Source of the DNA: Octopus sinensis
Lineage: Eukaryota
DNA: 64,000 bases
Reading direction: 5' to 3'
Assembly: GCF_006345805.1 (NCBI RefSeq)
Contig: NC_043024.1
Location: 19,468,001-19,532,000 of the forward strand
A program made the translations under genes and the position numbers. The stretch's first letter is position 1, and the number at the start of each line of letters is the position of its first letter. Of this stretch, positions 47,653-59,696 are shown piece after piece. Below the pieces are notes generated by a model. It searched no databases, was not told the DNA's origin, and worked only from the letters and a program-made list of their open reading frames with translations.

Positions 47653-48032
47653 TTTATTATTATTATTATTATTATTATCATTATTATTATTATTATTATC
47701 ATTGTTATTATTATTATTTGTATCCAGTTCAGTGACTGAACTGTATTGAACTGTAAAATTATCTATGTTACAGTCTTGAAGAGAGAAATTGATTAAAAAT
47801 TGCCGTATCAATACTGTAGATTTTATTGATTTTGAGAAGGTTGATCATGGTTTAGAAGTCTGATTTTAGTTCTCTATCTCAGACTTTTTATTGTTAGTTT
47901 TTTGGTTTTTGTTCTTTTGCCTTTTTGCCAGTTTTTCTTTTCTTATATTGCTTTTTTTTGGGGGGGGGGGGAATTGTTTAAAACAGTGAGAACTTTGTTA
48001 GTTTTTCACACTATCTTCACCCACACTGATCA

Positions 48033-48108
<76 letters not shown>

Positions 48109-48186
48109 CTATATATATATGTATATGTATATATATATGTATATATATATGTATATATATATATATAATATATATATATATATAAT

Positions 48187-48218
<32 letters not shown>

Positions 48219-48517
48219 TTATCTATTATCTGTCTGTCTGTCTATAAATATATATGTATGTGTATGCATATATATATATATATATATATATACGCACACA
48301 TATACACACAGGTGCAGCCACATATACACATACAGACAGTATACACGCACACACACACAGTGTATATCAAGATGTATAGACATTTGTATACTTACACATA
48401 TGCATACACACACGTGTATATGTTTATATTTATATATGTATGTGTGCGTATACAGACACACATACACACACACATATATACAACATACATACTGGAAGAG
48501 TGTATTACTATTATTAC

Positions 48518-48562
<45 letters not shown>

Positions 48563-48881
48563 TATTATTATTATTATTATCCATTGACTTGTTCTGGTTT
48601 TGAAGCAATCAAGCTGCCTGACTTGCAGGCACAATTTTGTACTGTTTCCTTTCTCAAAGAGATCAAGTGGATTAAAGAGAAGAAGAAATTTCTTCAAACA
48701 AATTGTACTAATAAGGTCTCCTAATTAAACCTCCGGCTCTTTTAATAGAACATTAAAATAAAAAAGAGAAAAAGAGAGAGAGAGAGAGAGAGAGAATCTT
48801 GTGATAAAAGCTGTGACTTTACTTCTTTGTTGTTAATCATATGATCAGTTACATGAGGCTTCAGCATTTTTTTTACAATGG

Positions 48882-48964
<83 letters not shown>

Positions 48965-49083
48965 GTATAACATGAGAGAAAGTGAAAATGGAATTCAGAT
49001 TTAGGGTTAGAGTTTTGCGTGTGTGTATATATGTGAGCATTCGTATACACACACACACATAATTCACACCAGAAACACTTATA

Positions 49084-49318
49084 TATTTCTTAACTACCCA
49101 CAAGGGGCTAAACACAGAGGGGACAAACAAGGACAGACAAAGGGATTACGTCGATTACATCGACCCCAGTACGTAACTGGTACTTAATTTATCGACCACG
49201 AAAGTATGAAAGGCAAAGTCAACCTCAGCAGAATTTGAACTCGGAACGTAACAACAGACGAAATACGGCTATGCATTTTGCCCGGTGTGCTAACGTTTCT
49301 GCCAGCTCGCTGCCTTAT
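49084..49318 (-). mobile_element. SINE family B monomer
   Basis: Consensus match. Confidence 0.85.
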
Positions 49319-49529
49319 AGGCTCACACACACACACCTCTATATGCATGCATTTTACACTACTACAAACACATATGCACATCTACACATACATATACACT
49401 CACACTCATGCATGTGTATATACTGGTCAACATTTTAAAACTGTTGTAATACTTACAATATTTAATGAAATGATGTAGCGTGAAATGATCGTACCAAATT
49501 ACCAAAGTTATTCTTGTTGCTTATTTTGA

Positions 49530-49590
<61 letters not shown>

Positions 49591-50788
49591 CATGTAGTAA
49601 CACCTGCTATCCTCATCATCATTATTTAACGTCCATTTTTCTTGCTGGCATGGGTTAGAGCAGAAGGCAGGGAAGTTTTTTTTAACCAATTCTCCCACCA
49701 AAATATATTTATTTACGCTAATGTTACCCCCATGGTTTGAAAGGAAGAAATCATAGATTCTTTGAATTCAAAAGGGTTATTGAATCTATTTATATGAATA
49801 TCCTTTCATCCCCACATTATTGTGTGTGTGTGTGCACTTTTGTGGTCATGTTTGTTCCCAACTACCACTTGACAATTAGGATCTGTTTCTCCAACTAAAC
49901 TCATTTAGGTGATGCTCCAGCATGGCCGCATTCCAATGACTTAAACAAGTAAAATATAAAAAGTAAAAGAGTCAGTCCACACAATCTGGCCCCACTCTTG
50001 GTGGCCTGACCATGAAGGCTCAACCAGCCAAGATGGCTTCAGTGACCAGCAAGATGTAGGTTTTACATTAGAGAAGGTGAATTGCTTTATAAGACTGGAG
50101 AGCCCCACCTGCCTGGGATCTGCCAGAAGGGTATCAAAGAAGGCACCAGGCCACCAGAGGAACTGCATGCTTTAGCTTACTTTCAAGGTTGACTCCTTAA
50201 TCATTTTTCGTTCCCGGAGCACTCACAAAGCAGTGAAGATCTATGCTTGGAGTTTCTTCCGTAAAATAGTAACAAACTCGTAGCTCGAACCTTAGGGATG
50301 ATATTATTCTGACCATGGGATTGCATCTAGAAAGTTAACCTCCGAGGCACAAGTTCAGGCAAGGTTGTTTATGGAAGACCAGCATTCGCCCATGTATAGC
50401 AGCCTCCCCTCTCCTCACCACTGATGTTACCCAAGGGAAAGGCAAAGGCCGATACAGCTTGGCATCAGTGATGCTACAAGTCACTTCTCTAGCTGAATGA
50501 GCAGGAGGAACATGAAATAAAGTGTCTTGCTCAAGAATACAACTCACTACCTCGTGATTGTGAGCCTAATACTCTAAACACTGAGCCATGTAGACCTGGA
50601 AACAATAGTGTCTCAGAAGTGATTCTGCATTCTTCAATACCCTTGAAAATCTCATACCATGATTCTAAAACCAAATGCAGTTTAACCCTTTAGCATTCTA
50701 ATTCCTCTGCCAAATATAATCCTCATTTATTCCCATTGTTTTGAATTAATCAAGGATTATCTTGTAACTCGGAGATTTTAATGATATA

Positions 50789-51170
50789 CTCTTTTACTTA
50801 TTTCAGTCATATGACTTGGGCCATACTGGAGCACCGCCTTTAGTCAAGCAAATCGACCCAAGGACTTATTCTTTGTAAGCCTAATACTTATTCTATCGGT
50901 CTCTGTTGCCGAACCGCTAAGTGATGGGGATGTAAACACACCAGCATCGGTTGAGGGGATATATACAGACACACAAACATACATACACACATACATATAT
51001 ATACATATATACGACGGATTTCTTTCAATTTCCATCTACTAAATCCACTCACAAGGCTTTGTGTGGCCCGAGGCTATAGTAGAAGGCACTTGCCCAAGGT
51101 GCCATGCAGTGGGACTGAACCCAGAACCATGTGGTTGGTAAGCAAGCTACTTACCACACAGCCACACCTA
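50789..51170 (-). mobile_element. SINE family A
   Basis: Consensus match. Confidence 0.88.
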
Positions 51171-51614
51171 TTATTAGATTGACACTATAAGGTCAATGTG
51201 TGAGGCTGTATTTGGTCAGTTTGAACAAAGAACAGGTAGAATATTTCAGCCAGAAACGGCCAGTTTAAAAACTAAAGATTGAAGTTTTTACTTTCAACTA
51301 CTGGGGGCGGGGAGCAAAGTTGTTGTTATTGGTGGTGGTGGTGGTGGTGGTATATGGAAGAAAAGATTGAAGGAGGTCCTACTGCAGATGGCTTTGTGAT
51401 GGAACAGACGGTAATAAACAGCAATTAAATATTATTTACTGATAAGGAATTTGCTAATGGTTTTCAGATAACAATGTTTGAAGATGAAAAAAAAAATAAT
51501 TCTTTAGAGTGGGTTAATTAAAATTTTGAAATAAAACATCAATAATCCTCCTATAATTGCATGAATTTGGTTAATTTGTCAAAAGAAGTGTTTTTAAGAT
51601 TTTTCTTCTTCAGA

Positions 51615-51698
51615 TTATTATTATCATTATTATTATTATTATTATCATTATTATTATTATTATTATTATTGTTATTATTATCATTGTTATTATTATCA

Positions 51699-51744
<46 letters not shown>

Positions 51745-51845
51745 CATTATTATTATTATTATCATTATCATTGTTATTATTATTATTGTTATTATTATAA
51801 TTGTTATTATTATTATTATTATTATTAATATTATTATTATTATTA

Positions 51846-51890
<45 letters not shown>

Positions 51891-52010
51891 TTATATATTA
51901 TTATTATTATTATTATTATTATATTATCATTATTATTATTATTATCATTATCATGTTATTATTATTATTGTTATTATTATAATTGTTATTATTATTATTA
52001 TTATTATTAA

Positions 52011-52062
<52 letters not shown>

Positions 52063-52087
52063 ATTATTATTATTATTATTATTATTA

Positions 52088-52133
<46 letters not shown>

Positions 52134-52181
52134 CATTATTATTATTATTACTATTATTATTTTTATTATTATTATTATTAT
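51615..52181. repeat. (ATT)n microsatellite
   Basis: Direct reading of the sequence. Confidence 0.95.
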
Positions 52182-52501
52182 TTGTTTTTTTTGTTTGAGG
52201 GCAAGAGGTGGGTTGGGAATAGCTTTTAAGCAAAGCTAATTATAAATGCTAAATCATTATCGATTCAAATAGTTATTGCATGTAACAAACAAGAAATGAA
52301 AGTGTAAATATTGGTAATGAAGAAAATTAAGCAATAATCTTCATTTTTTTTCCCTTTTTTATCTTTGCTTTTGCATGTGTGTGTTTACATATGCAAATAA
52401 CACTGTAATTTTAAATATTTCAAATTTCGGCACAAAGCCAGTGATTTGAAAGTGGGCAGTCAATTGTATTGTTTCCCGGTATTTGACTGGTACTTCATGT
52501 T

Positions 52502-52826
52502 ATCATCATCATCATCATCATCATCATTTAGCGTCCGTTTTCCATGCTAGCATGGGTTGGACGGTTCAACTGGGGTCTGGGAAGCCAGAAGGCTGCGCCA
52601 GGCCCCAGTCAGATCTGGCAGTGTTTCTACGGCTGGATGCCCTTCCTAACGCCAACCACTCCACGAGTGTAGTGGGTGCTTTTTACATGCTACCCGCACA
52701 GGTGCCAGACAGAGCTGGCAAATGGCCATGAACGGATGGTGCTTTTTATGTGCCACTGGCACGGGGGCCAGGTGAGGCTAGCAATGGATACGAACGGATG
52801 GTGCTTTTTACGTGCCACCGGCACGA
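52502..52826 (-). mobile_element. Family D element with three subrepeats
   Basis: Consensus match. Confidence 0.85.
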
Positions 52827-52829
52827 GCA

Positions 52830-53703
52830 ATGCAACTAATCGAAAAGTGCAGAGAACAGGGATGGAATGTTGTGTATTACCCATTTCTTTACTACCCACA
52901 AGGGGCTAAACATAGAGGGGACAAACAAGGACAGGCAAACGGATTAAGTCAATTACATCAACCCAAGTACATAACTGGTACTTAATTTATTGACCTCGAA
53001 AGGATGAAAGGCAAAGTCGACCTCGGTTGAATTTAAACTCAAAACGTAGCGGCAGACGAAATACCTGTTTCTTTACTACCACAAGGGGCTAAACACAGAG
53101 GGGACAAACAAGGACAGACAAACGGATTAAGTCAATTATATCGACCCCAGTGCATAACTGGCACTTATTTAATCGACCCCTAAAGGATGAAAGGCAAAGT
53201 CGACCTCGGTGGAATTTGGACTCAGAACATAACGGCAGACGAAATACCTATTTCTTTACTACCCACAAGGGGATAAACACAGAGGGAACAAACAAGGACA
53301 GACAAACGGATTAAGTCGATTACATCGACATCGACCCCAGTGTGTAACTGGTACTTAATTTATCGACCCCGAAAGGATGAAAGGCAAAGTCGACCTCGGT
53401 GGAATTTGAACTCATAATGTAACAGCAGAAGAAATACCGCTAAAAATTTCGCCCAGCGTGCTAACGTTTCTGCCAGCTCATCGTGTATTACCATTTGGCA
53501 GTGGAGGCTAGGGCCTCAGTGAAAGAAACATGACAACGCTATTCAAAAGAAGATTTGTTTTTTCTAGCTCAGAGCTGAGAAAACTAATAAGGAGAATACA
53601 GGAAGCGGTCGAGAAAGCCAGCTTCTATACATGGCTGAAGCGGGAAGACCAAAAATGGCTTGAAAGTCAGAACCTGCCGGCGGGAAATAACACCACTAGG
53701 TGA
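52830..53703 (+). mobile_element. HERO/NeSL-type (restriction-like endonuclease) non-LTR 3' fragment split by a SINE B trimer
   Basis: Rejoined, it reads QLIEKCREQGWNVVYYHLAVEARG/LSERNMTTLF...ELRKLIRRIQEAVEKASFYTWLKRED..W. Confidence 0.7.
52883..53482 (-). mobile_element. SINE family B trimer with a single target-site duplication
   Basis: Junctions at about 53061 and 53244. GTGTATTACC occurs at 52872 and 53483. Confidence 0.9.
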
Positions 53704-54628
53704 GACAAGCTGACACTGAATTAGCTTCACTGACTGACAGATGATGGTATCATTTAGAGAATGTGTGGGCTGAGACTACGCGTCTTCATTGGTCAGTTAA
53801 AGTTGAGACAGTGTCACGTGACAACTTGCTGGGGCTGCCTGCTGGAGCCTAGCAGCAGGTATTTAAAGGGAAAAAATTTGACAGGACAGTCAGTCGCCTG
53901 CTGACACTCGTTGATGCTACATTGAAGAGGCCAGGGAACAGAAGAAAGAAGAAGACATGCCCCCAACACCAGAGCTGAAGACACCTCTGAAAGGGGGGGG
54001 GGCACCACCACGTCAAAGGGTGTAGGGGCCGAAACCGGATGTGGTTCCTCCTCATGATGTCTTGAGCTAACTGGATCCTATAAAGGAGCTGTTGTGGTAG
54101 CAGACCACGAAACACGGTTGAAATTCCTATTACCAGTTCAAATATGCCAGTGATACATTCGAACTTGTAAACTAGACATTCATTATGTTTTGCCATGGAG
54201 ACAATTTCTCTCCATAGACAAATGGTGTAAATAGAACCAAATCAGTTTGCAGTGCCACCTATCCAAACTGTGAAAGGCAAGAATTTTGGAATGATTATCT
54301 CCTCTTCAATCACAGAAACTAGACAATGTGCTGTGAGTTGATTAGAGAGACCATGTCTCTTATGTTATTCTAGATATCATATATTGGCTGGTAACACTAA
54401 TTGGTGGCCAACCATTAACAAATTACAGGGTGGGGGAGCTAAGCATTCTGTGACTGAAGAGAAGATAACTACTCCAAAATGCTTGCATCTTCCACTCTGG
54501 TTAGGTGGCGCTGCAAGCTGATTTAGGTGTGTTTATACCATTTGTCTACAGCAAAAAAATTTCTCCATGACAAAACACAATAAATGGCTTGTTTGTGAGT
54601 TTGAACCTACCACTGGTATATCTGAACT

Positions 54629-55438
54629 GGTAGAAGAAATATTAATAACCTTCGCTATGCAGATGATACAACCCTGCTGGCAGAGAGTGGTAAGGATCTG
54701 GAGGATCTTGTCCTGCTGGTCAAGAAAGAGAGTGAGAAATTTGGGCTGTACCTCAATGTTAATAAAACGAAGATCATGTCAACAGCAGCCACAACAAACA
54801 TCAGCATCAAGATCGATAATGAAGAGATCGAAGTGGTTGATAATTTCATCTTCCTTGGCTCCAAAATAAATCGAGATGGTGACTGCACTCCAGAAATAAG
54901 ACAGCGGACAGTACTCGGCAGAGAGGCAATGGTCAGCATGAGCAGGGTCTGGAAGAGTAGAGACATCAGACTCGCTACCAAATGCAGATTGGTGAATGCA
55001 ATTGTCTTTCCAATAGCAACATATGGATGAGAGACCTGGACACTAAAGAAAGCTGACCAGAAGAGAATTAATGCATTCGAGCTTTGGTGTTAGAGAAGAC
55101 TTTTACGGATTCCATGGACAGCGAGGCTCACCAATGGAGAAGTTCTTAAGTAGATCAGGCCAAAAATGTCACTAGAAGCTAGGATTACCAAGCATAGATT
55201 GACATATTTTGGTCATATTATGCGGAGAAAATCCCTGGAGAAGGACATCATGCTCGGAATGATCAGTGGCAAGACAGGAAGAGGCCGACCAAGAACCCGC
55301 TGGCTTGACACCATCAGGAGTGATACTGGAATGGACTTAGCCAATCTGAAAAAAGCGGCCCAGGATAGAACTGACTGGAGGACACTGATCCAACGAGTGA
55401 CCGAGAGTCGACTTCGACGGAGCGGATAGATAGATAGC
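54629..55438 (+). mobile_element. RTE (BovB-like) LINE 3' fragment
   Basis: A single frame gives NINNLRYADDTTLLAES...FIFLGSKI...TYG*ETWT...YFGHIMRR...GRGRPRTRWLD, with three stops and a (GATA) tail. Confidence 0.92.
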
Positions 55439-55768
55439 TCACACCCTGTAATGCATTTTATAATACCCCATAAAGATGAAAGGCAAATTTGATCTTGGTG
55501 GAATTGAACTCTTAATGTAATGAAATGGAGGAAAAGCTGGTAAGAATATTGTCCATTATTTTAATGACTTTGCCAGTTTATTACATGACTGTAGCTTCAA
55601 ATTAAAATGAGTTTACTTTAATTTTTTAATTGCTTTTATCAAGACGCTCCAACATGATGGTGTTGAACCTTTTACAAGAGCCTAGAAGCCTTTAACAGGC
55701 ATTGGAGTAATCTTAAAAGAATATAGATCTGATTGACAAAATGGTAGGAGAAATTCCACCCCTGATAT

Positions 55769-56168
55769 CTCTCTCTTTTATTTGTTTCAGTCATTTGACT
55801 GCAGCCATGCTGGAGCACCGCCTTTAGTCGAGCAACTCGACCCTGGGACTTATTGTTTGTAAGCCCAGTACTTATCCTATCGGTCTCTTTTGCTGAACCA
55901 CTAAGTGATGGGAACATAAACACACCAGCATCGGTTGTCAAGCAATGCTAGGGGGACAAACACACACACACACAAACACACACATATACATATCTATACA
56001 TATATACGACAGGCTTCTTTCAGTTTCCGTCTACCAAATCCACTCACAAGGCTTTGGTCGGCCCAAGGCTTTAGTAGAAAAAACTTGCCCAAGGTGCCAC
56101 GCAGTGGGACTGAACCCGGGACCATGTGGTTGGTAAGCAAGCTACTTATCACACAGCAACTCCTGCGC
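55769..56168 (-). mobile_element. SINE family A
   Basis: Consensus match. Confidence 0.88.
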
Positions 56169-56193
56169 GAATATACTGAACTGAACTGACAAA

Positions 56194-56404
56194 CCCTTTG
56201 GCATTTAAACCAGCCACATCCAGTCAAAACATTTTACTTGTATGATACTCAAACTGGTCAGATCTGGCTTCTCACACCTATCCAACAATGTCATTCTGAA
56301 AATAAACCGTCACATTATTGAAGTCTTGAGGCTTCAAGATAATGCATGAGTAATTTAAAAGAATATGAGTAAATTACTTATTGAGTAATCCGAATGCCAA
56401 AGGG
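56194..56404. mobile_element. piggyBac-like MITE
   Basis: Terminal inverted repeats CCCTTTGGCATT and AATGCCAAAGGG, with TTAA on the right flank. Confidence 0.7.
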
Positions 56405-57199
56405 TTAAGCCAGCCACCTGGTTTGTATTCAAACTAACAAAATCCAGCTTTTCACACCTACCCTACAATGTCATTTTAAAAATATGCAATGACATCATCA
56501 AAATCTTAAAGTTATGAGATTATGGTTGATTATTGTTACATGCAATAACTATTTGAATTGATAATGATTTAGCATTTGTAATTAGCTTTGCTTCAAAGAT
56601 ATTCCCAACCACCTCTTGCCCTCAAACAAAAAAAAAACAAATGATAATAACAATAATTATAAAAGTGATAACAATAACAACGACATCAATAAGAATAATA
56701 ATAATAATAATAATAATAATAACGATAATAATTTCATATAATCATCATCAAATGGAAACAGTATTGAAAGAAGATGCTAATAATAATAATAATAAGGAGA
56801 AGAAGGAAGAGAAGAGGACCTTTTATCAATTCCATAATGAAAAATTAAATTATACCATTTAGAAAAATTACATATTATAGAAAGATTAAATATAAGATAA
56901 AACATATAACGATGATTAAGTAATGTGCAATATTTGGTAGAATAACGATACGTGTTAATTTATATATATATACAGAGAGAGAGAGAGAAAGAAGAGATTA
57001 TCGTTTGTACTTGTCACCTCATCTGCTCTACTCCTTGACTTCCCCATGACCTAGTGATTTGACAGGAGAGACCAATAGAATAAGTACCACACTTTAAAAT
57101 ACAGTTGCTAATCTGTTCAACTATTTGTTTCAGGACAGTGTCTCAGCATGGCTGCAGTCCAATGAGTAAAATAAGCGGAAAATAAAATAGAATGTATAT

Positions 57200-57295
57200 G
57201 GCAGCACATATTCTAAAACTAGAATGATACAAAGAAGATTAGTATGGTCCCTGCACAAGGATGACACACAAATTCATGAAGCATTTCATATTTTT
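57200..57295 (+). pseudogene. RNU6: U6 snRNA retro-pseudogene lacking the first about 11 nt
   Basis: 84 of 96 positions match canonical metazoan U6 as recalled from memory. ACAGAGA is changed to ACAAAGA and the AGC triad to AGT. Confidence 0.95.
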
Positions 57296-57650
57296 AATGC
57301 CTGTATAGTGGTGCTCCAGCATGACCACAACTGCATGAATGAAACGAATAAAAGAATGTAAACATAAATGTGTGTGTGTGCATGTTATTCTAACAAGAAT
57401 AGAATTGATTGTGAGTTCAAAGTTTCGGCCAGCTAAGGTATCGTTAGACAGTCTGGTGATGGCTTAGCCAGCCAGAACTTCGATGTCACTGTCAATACTA
57501 TTCTTGTAAAAGAATAATTTTTTACTTTACCATATGTATTGAGTAATCTTTCAATTTTATGTAAAGTTGTTTTTATCATAATATAAAAACAAATGCTAAT
57601 ATATATATATGTATACTTTAATATATTCATTCAAATATATATACATTCAA

Positions 57651-58080
57651 ATAGGCGCAGGAGTGGCTGTGTGGTAAGTAGCTTGTTTACCAGCCACATG
57701 GTTCGGGGTTCAGACCCACTGCGTGGCACCTTGGGCGAGTGTCTTCTACTATAGCCTCGGGCCAACCAAAGCCCTGTGAGTGGATTTGGTAGACGGAAAC
57801 TGAAAGAAGCCTGTCGTATATATATATATATATATGTATATATATGCGTCTGTGTGTTTGTGTGTCTGTGTTTGTCCCCCTAGCATTGCTTGACAACCGA
57901 TGCTGGTGTGTTTATATCCCCGTAACTTAGCGGTTCAGCAAAAGAGACCGATAGAATAAGTACTGGGCTTACAAAAGAATAAGTTCCGGGGTCGAGTTGC
58001 TCGACTAAAGGCGGTGCTCCAGCATGGCCGCAGTCAACTGACTGAAACAAGTAAAAAGAGTAAAAAAAAAAGAAAAAGAG
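57651..58080 (+). mobile_element. SINE family A flanked by a long direct repeat
   Basis: Consensus match. The flanks from about 57532 and from about 58082 are duplicated. Confidence 0.9.
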
Positions 58081-58934
58081 TATATGTATTGAGTAATCTT
58101 TCAATTTTACGTAAAGTTGTTTTTATCATAGTATAAAAACAAATGCTAATATATGTATATTTTAATATATGATATTTATATAGATATATATATATATACA
58201 TACATACATACATACATACATACATACATACATACATACATACATACATACATACATACATACATACATACATACATACATACATAAAGGGACACAGTGT
58301 GTAAGAGCATCAGAAAATGTTCCAGATTCTGTCAGAGGATATTACAATAATATGCATCACCAGCAATAATTTGTGTACAGCAATTTTAGACTTTGACTTC
58401 TGTTCCAAAGTGCAGTAATTATATTCTGCAAGTTTGGTAAAGTGGAACCATATTTATTGCCAAACATAATTATCCCAAATCAAATAATTTTCTTACTGCA
58501 AATCTTAATCTATGATCTCATGCATTTGATAATCAGAAATTTATTACGGTTCCATTTTAATAATTTCGAAAGTATTCTGTAAAGGAATGACAGATATCTT
58601 AAATTATTGGTCCTTGGGGACCATGAACTAAACAATAGTTATTCCACTGGCCATTGTTTGCCATTATGATCAGTCTAAGAATCTGTCCCTTGGAGATTTC
58701 GATTCCAAGGTACGTGTATTGATGGCTAGATACAGTCTTTTGTGGAATTCCTACAGCTATTTATACATGTGCGTCTCTCGTTTCCACTGAAGTCAATCAA
58801 ATAAAAGACCAACGCTAGTCATCATCATCATCATTGTTCTTTTAATCTTTGACTGGTTTTAGTCATTAGACTGCGGCCATGTTGGGGCATTGCTTTGAAG
58901 AATCTTTTGTCAGATGAATGAAATTATTCCAGTA

Positions 58935-59352
58935 CTCTCTCTCTCTTTTACTCTTTTACTTGTTTCAGTCATTTGACTGCGGCCATGCTGGGGCACTGCC
59001 TTTAGTCGAGCAAATCGACCCCGGGACTTATTCTTTGTAAGCCCAGTACTTATTCTATCGATTCTTTTGCCGAACCGCTAAGTAACGGGGACATAAACAC
59101 ACCAGCATTAGTTGTCAAGCAATGCTAGGGGGACAAACACAGACACATAAACACACACATGCACATATATATATATACATATATACGATGGGCTTCTTTT
59201 CAGTTTCTGTCTACCAAATCCACTCACAAGGCTTTGGTCAGCCTGAGGCTATAGTAGAAGACACTTACCCAAGGTGCCACGCAGTGGGACTGAACCCGGA
59301 ACCATGTGGTTGGTAAACAAGCTACTTACCACAGAACCACTCCTGCACCTAT
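58935..59352 (-). mobile_element. SINE family A
   Basis: Consensus match. Confidence 0.9.
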
Positions 59353-59354
59353 AT

Positions 59355-59405
<51 letters not shown>

Positions 59406-59550
59406 GTGTACATTTAAACACAAGAGAAAACTACCATTTAACAGGTAATTTTTACATGCTAGAAGAAGCAACCAAAACGACCAAAACCACATTTAATAAC
59501 AATCTTCGAAGGAAATAAAAAATAAAAACTTCTACCTTGTTATTTTTTTG

Positions 59551-59621
59551 CAGTTATACCTAGGTTTCACATTTCTTTAGCAAATAAGATAATTTGCTAG
59601 GCGAATTCTCATCAGTAACCG
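59551..59621 (-). ncRNA. Type I hammerhead ribozyme motif, near-intact
   Basis: CGGUUA-CUGAUGA-G...UAGCAAAU[UAUCUU]AUUUGCUA...U-GAAAC-CUAG-GUA^UAACUG. Confidence 0.75.
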
Positions 59622-59696
59622 GCCTTAACAACTAACTTATAATTTAGAGACAAATAACACGTGTTTCATTATTATATGTTATAATTTTTCAAAATT

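Noticed and set aside
51285-51440. Minus-strand frame with poly-Pro (..FFHIPPPPPPPITTTLLPPP..) as an exon
   Set aside because: The prolines come from a (GGT)n tract, there is an upstream in-frame stop and no family is recognisable.
51561-52233. Poly-Leu, poly-Ile and poly-Asn ORFs resembling membrane proteins
   Set aside because: They come from the (ATT)n microsatellite.
57200-57295. Functional U6 gene
   Set aside because: The 5' stem-loop start is missing and both the ACAGAGA box and the AGC catalytic triad are mutated.
58586-58621. NDRYLKLLVLGD resembling the start of a Rab/Ras GTPase
   Set aside because: No GxxxxGK follows and the frame closes shortly after, so it is a chance match.
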